From assembly GCA_036172245.1 (NCBI GenBank), contig JAYWIR010000007.1, positions 3,906,001 through 3,970,000 on the forward strand: a stretch of 64,000 nt of DNA, read 5' to 3'. A model generated the notes under the pieces. That model was not told the origin of the DNA. It saw only the letters and a program-made list of their open reading frames with translations, and made no database searches. Of the stretch, positions 1 to 9,700 are shown piece by piece. The stretch comes from Raillietiella orientalis. Taxonomy: Eukaryota. Both the position numbers and the translations under genes were made by a program. Numbering within the stretch: position 1 is the first letter of the stretch; every line of letters begins with the position of its first letter.

Positions 1-840
1 TGCCTTTCATGCTCCTGTGCGCAGTCTCTGAGAGCCAAAGTTGAACTGCTCTTTGATTTCTGGATGATTAATAAAGCTGCAAAGCAAAAGTCGAAATTCC
101 GATCCAACGAACTATTCAGCGGATCATGCACAGGAAGAAAATCGCCTATGTCTTCACCAAGCACAGCGTGAGAGTATTCTTCCCCTTTGCGGCATTTGGA
201 ACACGAGATGGTGGAAGAAAGAGCGCGTCGTGATTCCTGCAATTTCGCAAAGAGTCCCAGTCGAACTCGGGTCGGACTCTTCGCCGGGATGCCAACTACG
301 GTGATGCCCAAACCTACTGAACCCCATAACCTCACGTACCAGCGCAAACCGTTGATAGATGGGTGAACGATAGATTTCACTGCATCCATGTGCAGAAATC
401 CAAGTGCATGCGGCTCGAGCGAACAACGTTGACGTCTTCGTTCCGATCGAACAGCCCTCGAAATGGAGGCAACGGAGATGGGAACCTCCTGTTTGTCTTT
501 TGAATTTAGCGCAGGGAATACCGGAATGTTGAGGGGAGCTTCCTGCCTTGAACTCCGTCATGAATCCAAGGAGGCGCTGACCGTTGTGTGCAGCTTCATT
601 AGCATCGGGCAAGTTTCTATTCGTTCAAGGCCCCTCTGACAAAACGAAGGGCGTCTCACGATTCTTTCAAGGAAGCTGCAGACTGTTCCCTGTAGAGTGC
701 TTGTCGTTGCGCCAGAGGTTCGAAGACCTGTGCTAGAGGAGCCTTCATTTGAACTGCTCAGCTCCGACAACAGACATTTCTCTTGCAGAGGATAGAAGTG
801 GTGGACGTTCACATAAGCAGGAAGTGCGCGTGTGCACACT
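1..840 (-). mobile_element. Possible decayed LINE (L1/Tx1-like) ORF2 C-terminal fragment running off the window edge
   Basis: A minus frame open from ~557 to the window start (absent from the ORF track) reads ...LFAKLQESRRALSSTISCSKCRKGEEYSHAVL..., resembling the CxxC...E...H zf-RVT tail seen in the LINE relics at 33.4 kb and 36.6 kb. Weak similarity only. Confidence 0.3.
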
Positions 841-1467
841 TTGGGAAAGCATGGAGGAGAGAATTTTTAGTAAAGGGTCACGAAAATTTGCTGCTTTTCA
901 CTGAAGGAAGAAAGGAGTTACGGACGGTAAAGTATTCTATATGAGAAATGCACGCCTCGTGCAAGAGTGCAAGGTACAGTATTGCAGCGAAGGAGATTCT
1001 TTGTTTTCAAGCTGAGGTGCAGATAGCTGAAACAAAATGGCATGTATGTCACTTTCAGTGTCATCCCCCCAAACTATCATATTTGAATGTGTCGAGGAGT
1101 GATGGGCGATGTATGAGATTTCCGATATGGTAAGGACACCAAAGATGCAATGCAGCGCAGCAAATTCTTACGACAGCTGTGTTCTGTGCATGGGAGCTGA
1201 ATTGCGTTTTTGTCCTTCGTTGTCTTTTTGCTTCATGTTTTTATTTTTTTTGGTGAGGTTTCCTTTGCACCACCTGCTCTTTTCTCATTTCATCATCTTC
1301 AGGTTTTCGAATGACTTCTTGATTTTCTCTTTGACAAGTTTTTCGCATCCAGTGAGCCCACTTCCGTAAGTACATTTCTGGTTTCCACTTATCTCCTTAG
1401 ATCTGCCGGCATTTTCAAGATTGGCTGCTGCATCTCGTCCGTTGTTTGCGCATTCGGACCACTGCAG

Positions 1468-1760
1468 TTATTTTTTATGCTCGAGCTTTCGATACCCCGG
1501 TATTGTGCAGACATTCCGTGGATGGCTGCATTTGTTGCAGCGTGCAGCTGGACATGCATCCACTCGATGTCTGCAGTTGCTGCCTACAAGACAAAAGTGG
1601 GGACTGCTTGCTATGCAGGACTTGAAAGTCGTGCGAGTAGGTCTCCCGTTGGTAGTGGCGTATAGTTTGATCTTGACAAGCGCTTCACCCGAGGTGTTTC
1701 CGAGCAAGTCTCCCGTTTGCTTCGATTTCCACGCAAACGGAGGTGCTCTCAGACGGTGTT
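1468..1760 (-). mobile_element. Decayed gag-like (LINE ORF1) zinc-knuckle remnant
   Basis: ORF 1468-1707 contains HFCLVGSNCRHRVDACPAARCNKCSHPRNVC, resembling two adjacent degenerate CX2CX4HX4C knuckles of LINE ORF1 proteins. Confidence 0.4.
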
Positions 1761-2565
1761 TCGCTCCATCTCAGAGCTGAGGCCGAAAAAGTGGGCCGTC
1801 GTCGCATTTCCTTCATTCATTTTCTTCAACAAGCAACCGCTTAGGGAGATATCATCATCATTGACAGGACCATCGAGCATTCTATCCTATGATCACAGTC
1901 TGCGTAAATGGTGAGTTTACCTGCAAGAGGGAATATCGTTCCCCCATCCCCCTCAAATCCACATTTTCTTTATAATGGTATATATTTCTAGGTGGCGTGC
2001 CTTTGTCCTAACAACGCGACCGTTGACCGCATTTGGCGCAGTTATGGTCACAGTTTCGTAGAAGCTGCGTCCTGCTGCTGCAGGCGAGTTTACGTGCCTA
2101 ACCATATGGTATGAGGCTTTGGGTGGCTCATCTCTTTCGCGGGCTGTCTCACTCTGGGCGTGTGTCTGATGAAGCCCTCTGCATCGACAGGCACTGCCCA
2201 TTCTTCACTACATGGAAGGGTGGAAGATGTAAAGTTCACCGAGTTCTAGTGGCACAAACAGTAGAAAAACTGCCCTCAGATGCACTTTAGTAGTTTGCAC
2301 CTAACCAGTTTCAACCTAAACATTACGCTTCCCAGTAATGCGGTTTAGGGCCATCGCAGAGGTCAGCCTTTGGTGCAACAGCCGAGCATCACTCCGTCGT
2401 GATCAGGATCTCGAAACCAAGGTCGAGGGACCACAAGCTACAGAAGAATGCTCCAGAATACGGAATCTATAATGCGAATCTGTAAAACCTGCATAACGAA
2501 TCATGGAGAGGCTTATACTTAGTGCCCGAAATGAACAGTAGGAATCCTCGACTATCGATTCAATC

Positions 2566-2594
2566 GTGCACACAAAATACTAAACCGCGTGCAC
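2566..2594 (-). promoter_or_regulatory. Candidate decayed rolling-circle origin stem-loop
   Basis: Minus strand GTGCACGC-GGTTTAGTATTTT-GTGTGCAC: 8-bp stem (one G-T pair), 13-nt loop ending TAGTATTTT, a 7/9 match to the CRESS nonanucleotide TAGTATTAC. Confidence 0.4.
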
Positions 2595-2645
2595 AACCCA
2601 TGAATCCATTTCTTCATTCCCACTTTGTTTACAATTTGCGTGATT

Positions 2646-3417
2646 TCAGACCACCGTTCGGATGTTAATGAAATGATGAATAGTAGAGTGAATTACGTTT
2701 ACGGAGGCATACATTCGGGCTGTCGATGTAGCACCAGTCAGATGCAGCATCTCGTGCTGAATACGTGGTTCACGTACACACGTACAGTCCTGTTCTTAAA
2801 CTTACTAAACACAGGTGATCTGTTTTGCTGCCAAGTAAGCTGATTCCACATTCCTTCAGAATTACCATTTTTCATATTCCTAAAATCTTCCTCCTCTCCG
2901 GGATTCGTCGCAACAACATAGTTATTCTAAATATATAGTCTCCAGCTATTTCAGAATCCAACACAACCGACTCCTTTTGATCAGCAAAAGTGTCCGCAAG
3001 AGGTTCCAAAGTTATCCTCACACCATACAACTTTACATACTTCAACATACTGGACTTTCCAGTCAGATTCCACAGTCCCAGCAACGTGCCCATCGTGCGG
3101 TTACGGAGATCGGTATGATACACAAAGCAACCAACATAATAACCTTCACTGCCAACAAGCCTCAACTCTTGACTAACAGTATAAGCAGGCTTCGTAAAAT
3201 CAAAATCCCTAAACCTAATACGCGCACCGGAATGCAACACCTTCCCAATCCAAGAGGAAGCACGTCCTAAATTGAGACGATCATTAACACGCCTCCCAAT
3301 TGAATTACGCTTACGATAATTACCAACAGAATGCAATACACGACGTCTACGACGTTATTCACGTAAAGAAACATTCCTGAGATCAGCACGATGACGTGCA
3401 CGCGTAGCAACAGGCAT
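2646..3417 (-). pseudogene. cap: CRESS-virus capsid protein pseudogene
   Basis: From ATG 3417: MPVATRARHRADLRNVSLRE*RRRRRVLHSVGNYRKRNSIGRR (Arg-rich arm, one in-frame stop), in frame with ORF 2872-3336 (KYVKLYGVRITLEP). After frameshifts it continues ...FKNRTVRVYV(x)PRIQHEM..., strand-like segments reminiscent of circo-like jelly-roll capsids. Confidence 0.7.
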
Positions 3418-3537
3418 CCTCACACCGCAACCTCTTGTATCCTAATGCATTCCAAAATGAAGAGAACAAAGAGAATACGAACCCCCTGACCCCCTCACAT
3501 TCCGCCAATTTGACACCGACTACGCAAAAACCACTTG

Positions 3538-3587
3538 GAAAGTGCAGAGGGTGACCCGAACCTCGGCACTTTCAAAACCGTATAAAA
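3538..3587 (+). promoter_or_regulatory. Intergenic hairpin plus TATA box upstream of rep
   Basis: GAAAGTGC(A)GAGG 3538-3550 pairs with CCTC(G)GCACTTTC 3561-3573 (12/13 bp), loop GTGACCCGAA. TATAAAA at 3581-3587, 33 nt before the rep ATG, with a short (AC)n tract between. Confidence 0.6.
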
Positions 3588-3620
3588 CCAAAACACACAC
3601 ACACACCAAAGAGTTACAAC

Positions 3621-4510
3621 ATGCCGTACGCAAAGTGCACGCAGCGGTGCTTCACCTCCAACAACTGGACAACCGCAGAAGAAACAAGTACACAGGGAAG
3701 GTCACTTCGAAAAGAAAAACACGCAATCCTCGGTGAAGCAGGAAGCTCAACCGCTCATCTCCAGGGATGCTTCCAAACAGCAATACCTTCCACGATACCT
3801 CAGATAAAACGAATCCAACGTTTCTCAAGAGCTCCCGCCGAAACCGCCAAAGGAAATCCTCACCACAAAGAGACCAGCAACCATGCGAAAGAGGCAGACT
3901 AGCTCCTGCTATACAGATCAAGTACATCGATTACAAGGACAAATGAACACAATGCATTTCAGATCATCGCATACAGAAAAAAAGGAAAGAACAGAAAAAT
4001 ATTTACGGGAAAACCAACCACAACCATTCGAAAAACAGAAAGCCTTCAACATCGACAGCATAAGACTCGGAAAATCCTACTCTACAAACAATCCAATGAT
4101 CCTCAAAAGATTACAACTATGGCAAAAAAAAACCTACATAGGCCTCATGCAAAGAGAACCCGACCACCGAAATACACATTGGTACACCGACTACCAAGGA
4201 AGCTGGGGAAAAACCACAGCAGCTAAACATATCAAATGCGACGCACCGTACTTAACCAATCGCAAAAAGAGCGGCGCCGCCCACACGCGGAAGGGAGAAA
4301 AAATCATCATGCTGGACCTCCTCACACGACCACATCAACTACGGAATTATGGAAAGCCGATAAAACGGAATGCTGCGCTCCACTAAAACATCAATGTCAC
4401 CTTAAATTACACGATCCACCTCGCTTCATCATCTTCCTCAACATGGACCGCTACTACGAGAAAATGGCAAGCGACCGCTGCACCATCCCTTATTCCACTG
4501 AAGATTTATT
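3621..4510 (+). pseudogene. rep: CRESS-virus Rep (HUH endonuclease + SF3 helicase) pseudogene with nanovirus/alphasatellite-like helicase
   Basis: Motif I RCFTSNN, motif II HLQGC, decayed motif III ETAKG...NHAKE, then PDHRNTHWYTDYQGSWGKTTAAKH (Walker A), IIMLDL (Walker B), INYGIMES(R*)NGMLRSTK, FIIFLN (motif C), KMASDR (Arg finger), in canonical order across three frames with frameshifts and stops. Confidence 0.9.
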
Positions 4511-5210
4511 GGAACCAATGTCACCTGAGAATGGTATTTCACATGCCACTGCGCTGAGCATTTACGCGTTGAATCGAAACCACGCTGCCGAATAATTGTC
4601 CACGAAAATCTCCCAGAAATCTTCCATTCAGTCTTTCTAAACGAGATGCCGGTGAGGATGCTCCACGCTCCTGAAGCAATGTTCTGTTGCACCGTCTAAC
4701 TTTGAAGTAGCACAGCTGTTTCAACATGTTCCTGTCATCCACACCATCCACTTCATCCTTAGCTTTTGCAACATGGAAAAAAGGACAGATTGCACTGATG
4801 CGCAGCACACATCGGATGCACGCGCCTGAGCTGTTTTGTGCTTTGACAAGACACACGGATGCTCAAATATGCAGGTTGTCATCACTTTGGGACTGCAGGA
4901 AGTGTTTCTCATCTCAACAACAGTATTCCTGTAAAACCATGCAGTCAACTATTAGGGAGACCTTCAGACGAGCAGACCGTGAGCAGCAAGCATACTGACG
5001 TTTCCCATCCCAATGTCACGACACCATGCAGTTTTCTAAAGTTTTGTCGCAAGCTGACACTTGAATTCTTGTCAAACACCTTTTTCTTTGTGAATGTCAT
5101 CATGCATACGTAGATCAATCCCCATAAAAAATGAAAATGCTACCCATTTCAACTGTATCTCACTCTTCAATAAAAAACTTGGAAAGCCAAAATTGTTCGA
5201 AAGAATTTAT

Positions 5211-5593
5211 TCATCTTGCAGCATCTAGTAAACACAGCTTTTCATTGACCAACATTCCAGTTCTACACAATCGACACGGATAAATAACCATCAGCAAATC
5301 CAGATCAAAACACCATGAAGACGATTTCCTTTTCCTTTCCAGAACTTGACATTGGTGTTTAACATCTCCTCAAAATTCTTCTGGATTCATCTTAGGTACG
5401 GAAACGACGGGTTTCAAAAGCAATCTCCCAACTTTATTATCTGGCGTAGCATTTCCTCGAATATCTTTTTCCACGTAATTGAGCACTATGTCCAGCAGGA
5501 TTTCCAAAGATAATGTGACATGTGCAATGTGGGTCAACTCAGACTGGCATTTCGTGGTCCTTTCCAAAGAGCGTTTGCTTTTCTGCGCTTGAC
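5211..5593 (-). pseudogene. EIF3F: eIF3 subunit F C-terminal pseudogene fragment
   Basis: LLDIVLNYVEKDIRGNATPDNKVGRLLLKPVVSVPKMNPEEF(+1 frameshift)EEMLNTNVK, a ~44-nt decayed intron, then DLLMVIY...LVNEKL. Matches the eIF3f tail (VLQY...DNTVGRFL...VPK...FETMLNSNINDLLMVTYL...LNEKL). No MPN domain recognisable upstream. Confidence 0.8.
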
Positions 5594-5929
5594 CTGCGAA
5601 AAAAGGAAACCGAGACTAATCAATGTCTTTCAGTTCCTGGAAAGAAAATTTCAAACAACATGAAGTTCTGCAACAAAATGAAGTAAGTACGTTTGCGATG
5701 AATATAATTCCTTGAAAATACTCCCACTTACCACAAAACATGAGATTTTTGTTTTCTATCACAAAACCACATTTACAAGTATTTAAATGAAAATCAACTA
5801 AACTAAACATCAAGGCAATGAGACAAGCATCAGAAACAACTCACCACCAACAACTTCCAAGAATTTTCAGCAGCAGGTCCTTCAGAATCGATGCTCCATA
5901 TGTGCCAAAGCTCTTCTCCAGGAGTGATC

Positions 5930-6687
5930 CACAGTAAAAAAATCCTTCCCATGTTGATGGATCAAAAAAATCAAAAAAAAAAAGGGACGGGGAAGAGGGA
6001 CAAGGGAAAACAAAAACCAAGGGAGGGCACAGAGAATGAGAATGAGGAACAACAAAAACAATTCAGCAAAACCAAAAAAAAAAGTGTCAACAGCAGACAC
6101 GGGGACAGCCAAAACGTCACATGGGTAGGCATTCAGCCAACCATGCACAAGAAAAAAAAAAAACAGACGTAGCCATCAGATCACAACCACGTAATGCAGA
6201 AAGCTCACAGTCAGCCACCGAAACAACCAGGCTGAAGAGAAGACAAAATAAAAAAATCCCAAACACTTTGGAGAGCAATCAAAACAAAAATCACCAAAAA
6301 GGAGACCCAAAGGAAAACAAATCCAAATCCACAAAAACCATGAGAACATCACCAAACACACAAAAAATTCGGGTGAGCAAAACAAAAAAAAAAGCAAATC
6401 ACCCGAGAAAAGAGCATTGCATTCTGTGCTTAAGCACACAGACAAAACAACATCCAAAAACGAAATCCACAAGGACGAACTCAGGTAAAACCCGAGAAAA
6501 ACAGCACCCATGACACCACAGACACCACTGCAGAAAAATCAAGCGATCAGTCCAAAAAAAAAGCACAAATCAAAGCAAACAAACCAAAAACCAAAGCAGC
6601 AAAGAACTTCAAAGCATCGAAACAGGAAGGCAGGAACCCACAACGACCGCTGCCCCTTGGCAAAGAACGTGGTCGCCAAGATAAACG
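5930..6687. repeat. A-rich, T-poor low-complexity tract next to the gap
   Basis: Many A5-A11 runs and very few T on the plus strand. Loosely resembles the LINE 3' UTR-like tract at 36.0-36.25 kb (both have GAGGGACAAGGG followed by A runs). Confidence 0.5.
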
Positions 6688-6787
6688 NNNNNNNNNNNNN
6701 NNNNNNNNNNNNNNNNNNNNNNNNNNNNNNNNNNNNNNNNNNNNNNNNNNNNNNNNNNNNNNNNNNNNNNNNNNNNNNNNNNNNNNN
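6688..6787. other. Assembly gap (100 N)
   Basis: Run of exactly 100 N, a typical placeholder for a gap of unknown size. Confidence 0.99.
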
Positions 6788-9700
6788 CTGGCCGTGGCGG
6801 CCCACAGACGACCGGCGGAATCGCCGGGGCAACTCGACCGACCGGAACTACTTCCAGATGCACCAGAACGCTTTCACTTTCACGCTAACGAAGTGCGGAA
6901 TGGGAAGCAAGGGAAGTGGGAACTTGCAAGGAGGGGAAGTATCCTAGGACAGGGCTCGAGAAACAGGAAGGGAAAAGCTCGCCTTAGAGCAACAGGCCCG
7001 CTCGGCGGTAGCAGGCGCTGAGCTCAACCCGCTCCCGGGAAGAGGCGTGCCGGAAATTCGTAGACTCCATGGGGGAGCACCAACCTGGCAGCGGTGACTA
7101 ATGTTCCGATGGGGGATCGGGGACCAAGCTGCGCATCCAGAAACTGGGAATTCCAATGTTGGGTGGTCGATCGTAGTGACTTCGAAGCTCACTCCACTTG
7201 GCACGCCAAGTGAAACTCTGGAGAGGAGGAAAAAAGAAAAGCGCATCACGGACTTTCGTCGAGGAGCTTCCTCGGGGGGAAGGTTAGCTCCCGAGGGGTC
7301 GCCGTGCCTGCGAGGAGAGATTCGTCGAGACGTTCCTATAATGGTGTTTTGGCCAACTGAAGCGACTCTTCAAGGGAAACGTGGGAAGACACAAAGCGAA
7401 GCATGGAACGCGGAGAGCCCACTGGCCGTGGCGGCCCACAGACGACCGGCGGAATCGCCGGGGCAACTCGGCCGACCGGAACTACTTCCAGATGCACCAG
7501 AACGCTTGCACTTTCACGCTTCAGACAACGAAGTGCGGAATGGGAAGCAAGGGAAGTGGGAACTTGCAAGGAGGGGAAGTATCCTAGGATTGGGGCTCGA
7601 GAAACAGGAAGGAAAAGCTCGCCTTAGAGCAACAGGCCCGCTCGGCGGTAGCGAGCGCTGAGCTCAGCAGGACGCACGGAAGAGGCGTGCCGGGGGAAAC
7701 AGCGCCTCAACCGTCAAGGGGCGCGGCAACCTGGCAGCGGTATGTTCCGATGGGGGATCAGGGACCAAGCTGCGCATCCAGAAACTGGGTTCCAATGTTG
7801 GGTGGTCGATCGTAGTGACTTCGAAGCTCACTCCACTTGGCACGCCAAGTGCAACTCTGGAGGAGGGAAAAGGGAGAAAAGCGCATCACGGACTTTCGTC
7901 GAGGAGCTTCCTCGGGGGGACGGTTAGCTCCCGAGGGGTCGCCGTGCCTGCGAGGAGAGATTCGTCGAGATGTTCCTATAATGGTTTTGGCCAACTGAAG
8001 CGACTCTTCAAGGGAAACGTGTGACAACACAAAGCGAGGCATCGCACGCGCAAAGACCGTAGGCCAGGGCGGCCCACGGGCGACGGGCGGAATCGTCGGG
8101 GCAACTCGGCCGACCGCAACTACATCCACACATCCAGAACGCTTCCACTACCACGCTTCAGAGAACGAACAGTGGGGTGAGAGAGAAGGGAAGTGCGTCC
8201 CTCCAAGGAGGGGAAGTTTCCTCGCTGCGGAGCTCCAGAAGCAGGAAGGAAAAGCTCGCTTTAGAGCAACAGGCCCGCTCGGCGGTAGAGCGCGCTGAGC
8301 TCAACCGGACGCAGGAAAAGGGTTGCCGGGGGATGCAGCGCCTCAACCGCGAAGGGGAGAGTCACTTTGGCAGTGGCACGTGCCGAAGGATCGAGCAGCG
8401 CATCCAGAAACTGTGAATTTCATTGCTGGGTAGTCGAACGTACTGACGTCAGTAACCAGATCACTTGGCACGCCAAATGCAACTCGGGAGCGGGGAAAAG
8501 GTAGAAGAGCGCCTCACGGTCCTGCGTCCGGGAGCTCTCTCGGGGGGACAGGTGGCTCGCGGGGCGAGCGTCGTGCGTGCGAGATCTTCGTCGCGATGTT
8601 CCTACAAGATTTAGTTGGCCAACTGAAGCGACTCTTCAAGGGAAACGTGGGAAGACACAAAGCGAAGCATGGAACGCGGGGGAAGCCCGCTGGCCGTGGC
8701 GGCCCACAGACGACCGGCGGAATCGCCGGGGCAACTCGGCCGACCGGAACTACTTCCAGATGCACCAGAACGCTTGCACTTTCACGCTTCAGACAACGAA
8801 GTGCGAAATGGGAAGCAGGGAAGTGGCATGGGAACTTGCAAGGAGGAGAATCCTAGGATTGGGGCTCGAGAAACAGGAAGAAGAAAAGCTCGCCTTAGAG
8901 CAAGCAGGCCCGCTCGGCGGTAGCGAGCGCTGAGCTCAGCAGGACGCACGGAAGAGGCGTGCCGGGGGAAACAGCGCCTCAACCGTCAAGGGGAGCGGCA
9001 ACCTGGCAGCGGTATGTTCCGATGGGGGATCAGGGACCAAGCAGCGCATCCAGAAACTGGGAATTCCAATGTTGGGTGGTCGATCGTAGTGACTTCGAAG
9101 CTCACTCCACTTGGCACGCCAAGTGCAACTCTGGAGGAGGGAAAAGGGAGAAAAGCGCATCACGGACTTTCGTCGAGGAGCTTCCTCGGGGGGAAGGTTA
9201 GCTCCCGAGGGGTCGCCGTGCCTGCGAGGAGAGATTCGTCGAGATGTTCCTATAATGGTTTTTTGGCCAACTGAAGCGACTCTTCAAGGGAAACGTGGGA
9301 AGACACAAAGCGAAGCATGGAACGCGGAGAGCCCGCTGGCCGTGGCGGCCCACAGACGACCGGCGGAATCGCCGGGGCAACTCGGCCGACCGGAACTACT
9401 TCCAGATGCACCAGAACGCTTGCACTTTCACGCTTCAGACAACGAAGTGCGGAATGGGAAGCAAGGGAAGTGGGAACTTGCAAGGAGGGGAAGTATCCTA
9501 GGATTGGTGCTCGAGAAACAGGAAGGAAAAGCTCGCCTTAGAGCAACAGGCCCGCTCGGCGGTAGCGAGCGCTGAGCTCAGCAGGACGCACGGAAGAGGC
9601 GTGCCGGGGGAAACAGCGCCTCAACCGTCAAGGGCAGCGGCCTGGCAACGGCATGTTCCGATGGGGGATCAGGGACCAAACAGCGCATCCAAAACTGGGA

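Larger units (their letters stand above)
2560..4510. mobile_element. Endogenous CRESS-DNA virus element (ambisense cap/rep, decayed)
   Basis: Divergent capsid-like (minus, ATG 3417) and Rep (plus, ATG 3621) frames separated by a 203-nt spacer with a hairpin and a TATA box; ~2 kb total, typical of a small CRESS genome. Boundaries approximate. Confidence 0.85.

Noticed and set aside
3538..3573. Intergenic hairpin as the canonical viral origin
   Set aside because: The loop GTGACCCGAA has no NANTATTAC-like nonamer on either strand; kept only as a structural feature.
5882..6947. Lys/Gln/Thr-rich ORFs and ORFs spanning the N run
   Set aside because: Products of A-rich low complexity and of reading through the gap.
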